DNA from: Malacoraja senta | Taxonomy: Eukaryota | Reading direction: 5' to 3' | Assembly: GCA_038087875.1 (NCBI GenBank) | Contig: CM075989.1 | Location: 14,198,001-14,262,000, forward strand | DNA: 64,000 nt | Shown here: positions 49,900-62,298 of the stretch, in pieces | Layout: every line of letters begins with the position of its first letter | How positions within the stretch are numbered: the stretch's first letter is position 1 | Notes under the pieces: generated by a model | What the model was told of the DNA's origin: nothing | Seen by the model: the letters and a program-made list of their open reading frames with translations, nothing else | The model's database searches: none | Program-made: the position numbers and the translations under genes

Positions 49900-50540
49900 T
49901 TGTCCAAAGAGTCAGCAGGACATAGGTGAGCTAGAAACATGGGCAGAGTGACAGCATATGGAATTTAGTCTGGACTCATTGAGGCGTTGGGACATCATGT
50001 TGCAGCTGTACAAAAATTTGGTTCGACCACACTTAGGAATTGTGTACAGTTCTGGTCATCTGGAAGGAGGTGATGGTAATGGTAATAGAGAGAGTGCAGA
50101 AGAGACACCCCAAAATGTTTAGTGGAATGGAGGATTGACATTATAAATTCCATCTGCCATCATTCTGACCAACTTTGTTGCTAGGTTTATTCTCAGGCAC
50201 CTGAAAACTGATGTTATAGAGGTTATATAACTATGAGGGACATTGGAACGAATGATAGTCAGAATCTTTCTTCCACAGCAAGGGAATCTAGAACTAAAGG
50301 ACACATGTTTAAGGTAAAAGGGGCAAGATTTAAAGAATATCTGAGGGGTAGTTTTCTCACACAGAAGGTGGTAGCAGTATGAACAAGCTGTCAGAGGTGG
50401 TGGTAGAGGCTGATACAATTACAATGTTTAAAAGGCAAATACTTGGATAGGTAAAGCATAGAAGAATACAAGGTTAATGCAGGCAAATGGGATGATGAAG
50501 GTAGGTGGGCATCACGATTCATTTGTGCATTGTATATTTC
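49900..50540 (+). mobile_element. Degraded CR1 3' fragments
   Basis: ttggttcgaccacactta..gtgtacagttctggtc; tctagaactaaaggacacatgtttaagg. Confidence 0.7.
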
Positions 50541-51387
50541 TATGATAATTACAACTTTAGAAGCCTGTAATAATTTAAAATAAACTTTGCTCATATCCAG
50601 AATGGTACTATCTCCACAATCCCCACTGCATTCACTGGGATCATGGGTTCTATATTAGATGGCATAACACTAGTTACACCAGAGTTTACTTATGAATTAG
50701 AACTAGAATTAACACAGTGATGAAAAGTATAATGGCAGCAAAGGCCAACAGTTTCCTAGATCCTTAAGAATTCTACCCCTGGGTTTTTAAGGTTAGTGGA
50801 AATATTGCTGATGTTTGAGCCATAATCATATAATTTCCTTTCAATTCGTGAACTCTTTTATATTGGAAAAGGTCTCGTCTGACAAATAATATTAGACCTT
50901 TGTAAAAATGGCTAAAAGTGTCTACAGGCATATGTCAATGCATGTTAAATCTACCGACATCCACAAAGCAATTCATCAAACCCCCCAAAACTGACTTTTA
51001 ATTGAAGGTGAAGGTCACAGACTTCAAGTCAAATTATTGACTTATTTTGCAAAGATGCTGAGTGGCAAGAGTCAGAGAAAAGGGAAAATGAAAGTTACCT
51101 CGATGATGCCTCATGGATTGCAGTTGCAGTTAATTTCCATCATTGTAAGCAGCTGGTAGGATAGAAAGCCACCTGGCCAAGTTTACCAATAACACAAAGG
51201 AAGATGGCATTGTCAGCAGTGAGGAACACATTAAACAACAAGGTGATCACAGCGTGACAAATGGATGTCAGTGGGCATCAATGTGACGTTTAAAATTTTG
51301 GATCGAAAAGAAAGGGAAATTTACTTCTAAATAATGAAAATCTAAAACCAGTAATAAAACATCAAAATTGTCAAATCTAGTTAATAA

Positions 51388-51442
51388 ACTATCCAGAGAT
51401 GCTGCCCGTCTCGCTGAGTTACTCCAACATTTTGTGTTTATC
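51388..51442 (+). mobile_element. 55-nt Penelope terminal insertion
   Basis: ccagagatgctgcccgtctcgctgagttactccaac. 12-bp TSD tctagttaataa at 51376-51387 and 51443-51454. Confidence 0.8.
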
Positions 51443-52206
51443 TCTAGTTAATAACATGCTGGCTTTTCTATCCAAAGTGTCTGTGATGAAACTACTTTAC
51501 AAGAATACAAAGCTCTAGTTATGCACATACTGTGAATAATTATGGGGTCTACCATTTGAGCAATGTTTGTGCTTTGATGACGCTGAAATACATTTACCAG
51601 ATTGGTTGCTGGACTTCAAACCTTAAATTATTAAAGAAGGATTACATGCACCATAGTTCCATTGTCATAATTTCAAAGACTATGAGGTGATTTCATAAGC
51701 ATTCCCCCTGTGGGAAGGAACTATTGTAGACGGTGAAGCTGGTGATGTTGTTGAAGAGTCTACTACTTGGAGCTGTGGTTTTAAAATGTAGTCAGGCCTT
51801 TTCATATTGGATTTTAGACATGGGTGCTGAGAATTTGGAACTCTTTACTGCAAAATCATAACTATTGCGAAGTAAATTATTAATTGTGAAATTGAGTTTG
51901 TTAATCTTTTGTTAACCATAGATATCAACGAAAATGGAGCAAAAGCAAATATGCAGAGTTAGATCACATAATTCTTTTATGACTTTGTGGAAAGTTCAAT
52001 TTACTTTCCTAATCTAGATCATGAAAACAAAAATGTATTGTTCTATACATTCTGGATTGTTCCGTCACCCTGGTCATGAGTTCACGTCCTATTCCAAAAA
52101 CATGATCGCAAACTCTAGGCTGACATTACAGTGCATCATAGATATAGTAACACAGATAGATGCTTATTTCAGCATCAAGCTATGGCCTTCTCTGCATTCT
52201 TGGTTA

Positions 52207-52554
52207 TGATGCCGTTCCACTGTACGAGTTAATTCAAGAGTTCTCCCACGTTTCCTCTGATTCGAACTGGGAGAATTACGGTAATAGCCGCTCGTAGGTA
52301 CTCGGGGCTCTCCTGGACATTTTTCAACATGTTGTGTCTATCCTTGGGGTTCATTTTTCAACATGTTGAAAAATCTTTACGGGTCTTCCCGAGCATACCG
52401 CGTTTCCCGAGTACCTGCCGTTAGCGTTACGAGCCGCTAAGAGACGTCCCGAGCTCCGACGTGCCCGCTACGTAAATTCTACGTGCTTTCACGAGTTTGA
52501 TTTTTTTAAAACTCGGGTGAGCTCTTGCGTGAACTCGTACAGTGGACAGGCCCA
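52207..52554. mobile_element. PIF/Harbinger-type MITE, same family as 37411 in opposite orientation
   Basis: ccactgtacgagtt / aactcgtacagtggacaggccca TIRs. TTA on both sides. Internal gagtacctgccgttagcg is the reverse complement of a segment near 37535. Confidence 0.85.
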
Positions 52555-53084
52555 TTAGAATCAAAAGAACCTAAGGCACTATTCCTACAAACTAGTGAGT
52601 CTTTCTTGTTGTTCTAAACAAAGTTTAGTCCTATCTACCATCATATAAAGGGAATAGATTATTTCACCAAATTTATTTTGCTGCTTGCAGTGAGTTTTCT
52701 GTGAACAATTGGCTGCCATTTCAAAATGTATTCTATTGATTGGTTATAAAGTACTTTAGCACATCCATGATAGCTTTTGCTAATCCAAACAGCACAACTT
52801 CAATGTTAATCTTTGTTTTCATTTTTCCTCTTGGAGACAACCAAATTAATAGAGAGATCACATTTGTCATATATATTCTTGACGTGTATAATTACCAATT
52901 CCTCAATGGTCTCCCTTTGTCTGTCTGTCTTCTCTATAAATGCGTGAGTGAGAAAACATGTTAATCATCCCGACCAATACATCATGCTCTGTGGGATATC
53001 TGCGTGAGGTAAACGGGATTGTGGTGGCTAAAGAGGTGAGGAATCTCAAGATGTTTAAAAACATGTTGGGGTTCATGTTTGTGT

Positions 53085-53215
53085 AGGAAGGAAATGTAGA
53101 TGCTGGTTTACATTGAAGATAGACAAAAACTGCCGGAGTAATTCACTGGGTCAGACAGCATCTCTGGAGAAAAGGAATAGGTGACGTTTTGGGTCGAGAT
53201 CCTTTTTCAGACTTG
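53085..53215 (-). mobile_element. Penelope terminus with degenerate hammerhead core
   Basis: Reverse complement reads agtctgaaaaaggatctcgacccaaaacgtcacc. Confidence 0.7.
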
Positions 53216-55759
53216 AGTCTGCATTTTGTGTCTATCCTTGAAGTTCATGTTGGTTTGCTCAGTTCCAGTTTTGGTGCTTTCAGTAGCAGTTTCAAAAGAC
53301 CTGCCAGCTAATTGTGTTAAAACTTGCAGGATCTCTGTTATTGCAATTAATTTTCTGCTGTGGAATCTTGGCCAACTCGGCCTTAACAATAAATGTAATT
53401 ATGTCACAATTACCATAATGCTGTCATTTTATACTTTTTTTTTGTGAGATGATAGTCGTATAAAGTGGTCTATAGTAAATAAACTCCTTGGCACACAGTT
53501 AGTATTTATGATCTATGCAAAATCATAAATAGCCCAGTTGAGAGTGTTTACTACTTTTCAGATCAATGCATTTGGTTGTAGGACATATGCATTCAAAGAG
53601 AGAATTTAGTCTTTGGAATTATTAGAACTGTAAGTGTGTGCAACGTCTAAATTGATTTTTTTTGGATTTTACAATGTTAATTTTCAGTCTTGGTCATTGA
53701 AATAAAGTGCAATTTATAGTAAAATTAAATGAATATTGTCATGTTGCTGTCATGTTATTTCCTTTACTGGAAGTTTGTATAAAGAATTACCCCCAGCGAA
53801 GGATAGAAATAGGGTACGGGTGATCGCTGATCAGTGCTTCGGCAGGGCCTGTTTCCACACTGTATTTCTGAAACTAAACTAAAATAATTCTTACAACACG
53901 AGTGGGTGCTTAGAGCAATGGTATTTATTGCCGAACATTTCTACTATGAAATATAATGCAAATATACATAGATTAAAAGTGAAATAATGTTCAATTTTGA
54001 AAACTCCAGGGTAATCCTGTAAGGAAGTTAAAGAGCTACATTGCCCATGGGGAATGGTATGTTGCAATAATTTGAATTGAAATTATAACGACTGCGTAAT
54101 GCAGCTAATCTTTGGGCAGTTTTGTCAATAAATGTTTAAACAGACAAACTTGTATTTGTTAGTTATTTCAGTTGCTTTGAGGAATTAGTTTAATTGCAGC
54201 ATGATCCCAAATGGCATTAGCTTAAGGGATTGATGCAATGTAGTTCCAGCAATGGATTTCTGGAGGGATATGTAATTGAGCGTAAACCATTGCTCAACAG
54301 CAGTAAATATTGTGTAAACTGGGCTAGTCACCACTTTGCATGGATCTTAAAACAATTTTGAGCAGTGTCTCTCTCAACCGCATTACGATAGCAATTGTTT
54401 CTAAAGCAGTGCTCATAAGTTACAGAGTCATGGCATTTAATTTCTTTTCTTTCACTTTCAGAGACTGGATGTAATTTTTTATCATTGCAGTCGATAATTC
54501 AAACTGATCATGAAAATTGCCGGTGTTGTTACGATGTTTTCAAAAAGTCTAGAAGCAGTGATGTTCCTATTCTAATTGGTTATTTAAATGTTTTTCCATT
54601 CATATTTGTTCTTGGTGTTCAATTCAAGGGGATTGCACATAGACCTTGACCTGAAATAATGCCGAACATCTTTTGGCTCCATAAATGCCGCTTGACTTGC
54701 TGAATTCTTCCAGCATTCTGTTTTTGTTACTACATGTAACATATTGATTCTTGTCATCCAAAGAGCTGGAATGCTGATCTCTAGGGAAGATCTAACCAGA
54801 GTGGCTGGGAAATATTAGATTTGGTCAATTCATAAACGTATAAACCTAAAATGAGTAATGGTCACCATGATCATAAAATCTGATCCACTCATGTTATCCA
54901 GGGAAGGAAATCTGCCAGCCTTAACCAATCTATACGCATGTGGCTTCAAAACCACAGCAATGTTGTTAACTCCTCACTGCTCTCTGCTTTCTCAAATGGC
55001 CCAGCAAGACATTCATGGTCAATTAGGAAATTATAACCTTGCCAGTAAAGTATATGTGCTAAGAATTAAATAAACTGAGTAATCAAAATGTAATTTAACA
55101 AGGAAATGTGAGATTATTCAATTTGGATCTGAGAAACATATCATAGGTGCATTAACAACATTTAAAATAAATTTGGACCGGTACATGAAAGGAAAAGTTA
55201 CAGAGATATGGGCAAACTGAGGGAAATGGAAAGGTCTGTTTCTTTGCTATATGACTCTGCAACTCTAATATTTTCTAAATAGTGGCAATCGAGGAGGTGC
55301 AGTGGAATAATTATGTTTGTGTTAATATCCATAAATATTAACAGTTAATTAATCATAAAATGTTGGCCTTTATTTCAAGGAGGTTGAATTTTTAAATGTC
55401 AAGAAGTGTTGGTTAAATTGTACAGAGCAGTGGTCAAACCCCGTTTGAACTGATACATTCAGGCACAGGATCTGAATCTCAGGAAAGGTGCATTAGCTAT
55501 GGAAGGAGTACAACAAGCATTCCACAGAATGATGTCTGAGTTTGAAGATGTGAATGATAAGAAAAGACTGAATAAACATGTTGCATTCTACATAGTTTGA
55601 AAAATAATTGTGACCGAGTAAAAGTGTGCAAAATGATTGAGGAGAAACAAATTTGTTTCCATAAAATGTGAAGGAAATTCAAATTCTGCTCCTCTAAAGT
55701 GGCATTAGATGGGGATTTGCACAGGTTGATGCGGAGAGGCTGTTTGCAGGTAAAGGGAT

Positions 55760-58280
55760 GTTTGACAAGTGAGTGGATTTTAAAAGTGAGGTAGAGGGAG
55801 TTCAGGGACAGCTTAGAGTGAAGGGCAAGGTTGGCAGGATTAGGAAACCCTGGCTGACGAGGACTATTGATGCTCAGGCCAGGAAAAATAAGCATGCATA
55901 TGTCAGGTTGAGGCAGCTGGGATCAAGTGTGTCCCTTGAGGAGTATAAGGCATACAGAAGTACACTTAAAATATAGGAGTGCAAAAAAGGGGCCATGCGA
56001 TACCCCTGGCAGATAAGGCATAGGAGAATCCAAAAGGACTCTGTAACTATATTAAGAAAGGGTAAGAAAAGGATTGGGGGAGAATTGGTCCCCTGAGTAG
56101 TAATCTATGTGTGGAACCGCGGGAGACGAGTGGATCCATAAATTAATACTGCTCACCTGTGTTTACTGTGGCAAAGGATGCGTAAACTAGAGCGATCAGG
56201 GAAGAGAGCAGCTATCTCCTGAAGCCTAACGACATTGTTAGTAATTGTTATATGGTTATATTGGTCTGAGTGCAGGTAGATGGGACTAGGTGAGAGTAAG
56301 TGTTCGGCATGGACTAGAAGGGCCGAGATGGCATGTTTCCGTGCTGTAATTGTTATATGGTTATATGAAATGGTAAAGGAGAAGATGTTGGAGATCCTGA
56401 AGCACATAAAGATGGATTGAAAGTCCAGTGCCTGACCGGGTGTATCCTAGGAATTTGTGTGAAGTGAAATTGCTGGTGCCCTGGCAAGAAATTTTTATAT
56501 CTTTGATTCCCACATTTGAGGTGCTGAAGGATGGCTAATTGATAAGGGAAGGATAGCGGATGTTGGCTGCATGGACTTTGACAAGGCCACAACAGTAAGT
56601 TGCTCCGGATGGGCCTGTTCCACTTAGGTGACTTTTTAGGCGACTGCTGGAGACTATGCAGTTGCCACATGGTCACCACATGTTCGGGGGTGGTTGCCGG
56701 GAAGTCGCCTTCATGGTCGCGAGGAGTTTCCGCATTCTGGGAACTGGTCGCAGCCTCATTATGGTCGCCGCGAATTTTTCAACATGTTGAAAAATTAGTG
56801 GCGACTAGAATGAAGCCGCCATGGAGAGTAGCGAGAATTCTCGTGCCGTAGGTGTGTCACCAGGAGGTCCCAGTGGGTTGCCAGGTGGTCGAAAGTTCTC
56901 GAAGGTTCTCATAGGTTGTAGCCGGTGCTGACAGGTGAATTTCATTGGCTCATTGGGGAAAAAAAACATAAGCAGTAGTTTTCAGAAGCAAGGATACCGA
57001 CCGGTAATGTTAAATGTCCTCCGAGCTTCACAGCTGTGTATCTCTGACTTTTTAAAAGTTGTCTCCACTCCCTCTCCCTCCTTCTCCCCCCTTCTATCCC
57101 CTTCTCTCCCCTCTCCACCCTTCTCCCCCCTCACCCCCCCTTCTCCCCCCTCTACCCCCCTCTCCCCCTCCCTCTTTTAAAGGACTTACCGTACACTGTG
57201 CTTACAGTGCCAACCTTCCTGTTCATCGCAGTGTGTATCTGTATCACCTTGGCTTTGCACCGTGGGAATGTCACTCAGACAGCGCTCCCCCCGTTAGCCC
57301 TGTCCCCCGCCTGCATAACGGGCTGGTGAAGGAAGCGATGTGTGTGTGTGTTTCACTGACAGTCGCCGTTCCAGTTGCTGGTTTTTCAGGCGACTGCCGG
57401 CAACTTGACAGTCACCAGCAGTCGCCTGAAAAATCGTCTAAGTGGGACAGGCCCATTAGAGTACATGAGATCCAATGTGAGATAGCGAATTGGGTACAAA
57501 ATTGGTTTTATGGTAGGGGGCAAAGCAAGGTAATGGGGGGTTGCTTTTCAGATTGCACAACTGTAAACAGTGTGTGCCGCGGGGATCTAAGGTTCCAACA
57601 GGACATAAAACAACTGAGAAAATGGACTGGAGAGTGGCAGATGAAATTTAACTTAGATAAGTGGGCTGATGGTAGGGTCTTTGGAGTGTTATTGAATACA
57701 TGGAGTGTAGGAGTTGGGAATTCACGGCACAATTGTATAACTTGTTGGTTAGGTCATACTCGAGTAGTGTATGGTGTTCTAGTCAACACACAATGGGAAG
57801 GAAGTTATTAGCCCCTAGAGGATGCAGAAAGGATTCATGGGAATGCTGCCGGGCCTGGGGGCTTAAGTTATTAGGATATTGGATAGGCTCGGACTGTTTC
57901 CCTGCAGTGATGGAGGCTGATTGGTGACCATACAGATGTTACAAAATTATGAATGGCATTGATTGGTAAATAGCCACATTCTTTTTCCAAAGATTGGAGA
58001 GTCCAAAACTGGAGTGCATAGTTTAAAAGTATGAGGAAAAAGTTTAAAGGGAACCCAAACGGCAAGTTTTTCAAATGAATGAGTGTGTGGAATGAGTTGC
58101 CAGAGCAAGGGGATAAATCATAATGTTTAAAAGACAATTGGACAGGTATGTGGATTGGAAAGGTTTGGGGATTTATGGGCCAATTGCAGGCATATGGGAC
58201 TAGTGTGGATAGGCATTTTGGTTGGCATGGATGAGTTGGGCCAAGGGACCTGTTTCTGTGCTGTCTATCTATGAATCTCT
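55760..58280 (+). mobile_element. Long degraded CR1 LINE with internal deletions, interrupted by a MITE
   Basis: KPWLTR.I...RKKK.AY (linker), DF.KA, WQMKFNLDK, and the 3' UTR gggccaagggacctgtttctgtgctgt. Confidence 0.75.
56610..57455. mobile_element. PIF/Harbinger-type MITE (846 bp) with C-rich internal tract
   Basis: TIRs tgggcctgttccacttaggtgactttttaggcgactgc / gcagtcgcctgaaaaatcgtctaagtgggacaggccca. TTA on the right flank only. Confidence 0.85.
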
Positions 58281-58704
58281 GAAAGGTTGCATGGTGAATG
58301 TATTAGAATTTCAATATATGTATGCAGTAGATGTTTTTGATTCAGGATGAGGTTCAGGGCACTTGAAGAGCAAAGCTGACAAGCTTCCAATGCCCTGCTG
58401 CTTTGTTCCTCTCCCTCTATGGTTCTTCAAGGGTTTTAATAATGTGTATAATTCTACTCAATGGTGTAAAGTAACTTTACATCATTGCTTTCATCTCACA
58501 ATAAGAAACATTAAAACATAAACATTGATTGTTTTTAATACCTTCTGCTGTATCACTCAATACAATGTGCTGGCATCAAATCATCCAAACACCAGAAATT
58601 CTCTCTTTGATGTCTGATTCCTGACTCTTTTATTTAGATATGAAACGTTTAAAAAAATTCAGAATGGGTTATTTACGTTAACTAGGAGCCGCGAACCTGT
58701 CATA

Positions 58705-59185
58705 TATCTTTTTTGTTTTTGTTTAAGAAGCAATGCACAGTCGTACATCTTCCATTTTTAATTTAACAAGAAAGAAATAGAACGAGAGAAAAAGAGCGAG
58801 AAAGAGAGAGAGTGAAAGAGAAATAAATAGTGAATGTGTAAACCCCTAGACTACCATAGTGCAGTCCAGGAGTGAATGAGTAAAAGCCTATAGAAGAATA
58901 AGAAGACAAAAACCCAAAATAGAGAAAAAGATAAAAGGGACCTTTACATGTTGATATACCTGCTTCGTTTCTCACCACACCCATCACCTTGTCCGTGAAT
59001 CGGTTTACTTCCAGAGTTGTGTTGCACCATACTATACTTGTAATGAATCAATGAAAGGAGACCATATCTTTAAAAATTGCTCTGATTTTCCTGCTAAGAC
59101 GAGTCTCATATCTTCAAGATGTAGCGTCTCAGACATGCTTGTGATCCACATTTAAAATGGGGGTGGATGCATTTTTCCGAAATTT
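58705..59185 (-). mobile_element. L1-clade LINE 3' end
   Basis: T-rich tail at about 58706. The reverse strand encodes WITSMSETLHLEDMRLVLAGKSEQFLKIWSPFIDS, related to 26205-26692. Confidence 0.75.
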
Positions 59186-59934
59186 TGTTTTTAATTTCCA
59201 ACTAATGTGAAATGAAATTGAAGATTTTTTAGATATCACAAAATAGGTTGAAGTTCGTATATTTTATAAAATTGATGGATAAGCTGGCCTCTCAAGTCTT
59301 TGCCTCAATCCCATGGTGAGGACTCCCCTCTACCCAGCCCACACCCACATACAATCAATGATTCTAAGGAAAAAATGTAGAAGGGAAATAAGGGAAGTAC
59401 ATTATCTGAGAAACTCCACTCCAATTCCCTCATACATTAGTACAGCACAGGAAATCATAAGAGCCACTTATTCCTTATCGGTTAATGAATTTACACATTA
59501 TATGATGTAGCATCTGCCCCAATGATAAACTTAATCCTAAATTGCTAATTGGAATTCTTTATAATTTTCATAATTCCAATTATCTATAATTGAATGAATG
59601 AATACTTTATTGTCGCATGTGACAAGTCACAGTGAAATTCTTTCCTTGCATACATACGCAAGATATACCCAAAACACAAAAAAATGCAAAATGGTTTAAA
59701 GAAAATACTGGCCAAAACAGTTACACATGAAATTTAGTAAGCCACAATCTAATTTCAGCAGATGGAAAAGAGGGCGGCATATACACTTAAGATGAAAGAA
59801 AGCTTGGCAGCTGATTTATTTGAAGACATAATGTGTAGGCGATTCATCACGGCATTCAATTGCCACTGGCAAGATACTTAGTCAAAACAGTAGAGTACAC
59901 GTGAGAAGATGTTTTGATCAACTATATCTAACAA

Positions 59935-60108
59935 GAGAGAGTTAGATTTAGCTCTTCAGGCTAAAGGAATCAAGGGATATGGGGAAAAAGCTGGAACGGG
60001 GTATTGATTTTGGATGATCAGCCATGATCATATTGAATGGCGGTGCTGGCTCGAAGGGCCGAATGACCTACTCCTGCACCTATTTTCTATGTTTCTATGT
60101 TTCTATTA
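59935..60108 (+). mobile_element. Young CR1 3' tip
   Basis: gatgatcagccatgatcatattgaatggcgg..(tttctatg)n. Confidence 0.88.
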
Positions 60109-60589
60109 TGCATGTCAGCAACAGCTTGAGTATTTTGTAACATCCAGTGAGAGTTAACGAGACGTTGGAGATATCAAACACTGGAAATGATGACAAAGCG
60201 TGGTGAGGATCATCCGCATGTTGGGCCTTGAGTTAGTAGGAAAGATTGGATAGATTTCTGCTTTACAACTGGAAAGGGAATTTTCTCTTGAGGTGACTCT
60301 GCAGAGTTGCAAATATTATGAAACACTATAAAGAAGTGTCTTGATCTGAAACATCATCTATCCATGTTCTCCAGAGATGCTGCCTGTCCTGCTGAATTAC
60401 TCCAGAACATTGTGTCCTTTTGTGAAAATCTAGAAATGGACTTTCTGTCTCTCTCTGTAATTCTGACTTTGCAGTATGACAGTGATCCAATTTTAGCTTG
60501 TAACTTAGATTCGTCCCACCTGAGGAAACTAATGTCATGTTTGTGGTAAGATCGTCAAGGAAGTTTCAGACTAGTATATTAAACTGTGG

Positions 60590-61370
60590 GGATAAAAGTT
60601 GGGCGGATGGAATTTAATCCAGAACGAAGCCAATATTATGGCTCGTCAAATACGGGCAGAGCATATACACAAATGGCAAGGATCTAAGGCATGTTGAGGT
60701 ACAGAGAGCTATTGGGGTACAAGTTTGTGATTCCCTGAAAATGGTGAAGCAGGTGGATAGGGTAGGATAAGCATTTGACATGCTTGCCTTCTAGGTTGGG
60801 CCATTGAGTACAAGAGTTGGGACATCCTTTTTATCCAAAGATGCTGCCTGACCCATAAAGTTATTCCAGTACTTTATGTCTATAGTTGGGACATCATGTT
60901 GTAGATTTACTCCACTTGAAGTATTGTGTACAAGTCTGTTTGCCACACCAAGGAAGATTGTGGTAACACTATAAAGAGGTTACCTCGAATGGTGGGGTTT
61001 GGTTACAAGAATGGATAGTCTAGATTGTTCTCTCTGAATTAGGAGACTGAGGAATTACTTTATAAAGGTTTAGAAAATTATGAAAAGGCATACATATGAT
61101 AGTTAGAGTCTTTCTCAAGGCAAGGCATGTTTAAGACTTGAGGTATAGATTTAACATGAAATGGGTGATCTGAGGAGCAGGTTTTTCATATAGAAGGTGG
61201 TGGTGGTATGTAACAAACCTCCAGAGATGGTGGTAGAAGCAGATACAGTTACTGCACTTTAAAGAACAGGTACCTGGAGAGTGTAGACAAATGGGATTAG
61301 CATAGATAAGCATCACAGTCAATATAGATGGGGAGGGCCAAAAGGACCTGTTTCTGTTCTGTACAATATT
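60590..61370 (+). mobile_element. Degraded CR1 3' fragment containing a 57-nt Penelope insertion (60827-60883)
   Basis: CR1 motifs. The insertion is flanked by the 12-bp TSD agttgggacatc at 60815-60826 and 60884-60895. Confidence 0.75.
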
Positions 61371-61521
61371 AGGACTATTTGTATGAAACATAAAGAAGCA
61401 ACTTTTACATAATTGTAAAAAGAAAATATAATGGTAGATAAGAATTCCACTTCAATCTTATAAAACATGTTGGCACTGTTATGTAATCATTTGCATTACT
61501 AAATCATATTGATTACTTTAG

Positions 61522-61600
61522 GGCTGGAAGTGTGCTGTACGGCATTGACAGCATGCCAGATCTACGTCGGAAGAAGACTGTGCCCATCGTTCGAGATGTG
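61522..61600 (+). CDS. UNC13C: UNC13C 79-nt exon, (G)[26 protein letters not shown]
   Basis: tttag|G GCT...GAT GTG|gtgagt. [14 protein letters not shown] is the conserved Munc13 motif upstream of the C1 domain. Phase 2 in matches the previous exon. Confidence 0.95.
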
Positions 61601-62298
61601 GTGAGTTCGAATTTGATTTATAGTAAGGCATTAATTGAAATATATATTTTATTCTGGAGAATCCATGCGTCTGAGATGAAAATCTTCCATACTCAGGGAG
61701 GACATTATATTTAACATGTAGTTGCATTTCCTACCTTTATGTTTGGGCAGAGATGTGTTTGGATTAGTTGTGTCTGGTACTGATCACGTTAAAACTGTCT
61801 AAGCTCCAGATTGTGTCCAGAGCACTTGTTGAGGCTGGTGTAGCCATTTGCACTCTTTGCTGTATTAGTGAGGGGTTTGGTGTGTGCGCAATGAATGTCC
61901 ACCAGATGTATGCAGACAGAGAGATCGCAAAGTGAATGAAGATTGCATCCCGACTGATTATGAGTTGGTTGATGGTTGGTTTCTTCAGGTGGTGACTTGT
62001 TATAGTTGTTTGAAGTTGCGGAGATTCAATGTAAGGAGGTGACGAGACTGGTGCCGAAGGGCCTTTTGTGAATTTTGGGTTCCTGGTTAAACATTACTCC
62101 AAGATTTGGATGCGTCAAAAGCGATTCTACTTTCAAAATACCTTATTATAGTGGGCATCCCTGACCCGTCAGCAAGCTGAGCACTGCTCGGAGCTTTGTG
62201 TTTTGACTGAGTGTTTGGTGCATCTTCCAGAAGTAAGATGGGTTTTCTACTTTTCACTGCTCCACCAAAGCCTCCAGTCCAATACATGTAGATTGCAG

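Noticed and set aside
57059-57811. 250-aa proline-rich ORF
   Set aside because: Chance read-through of a MITE C-rich tract into degraded CR1 sequence.
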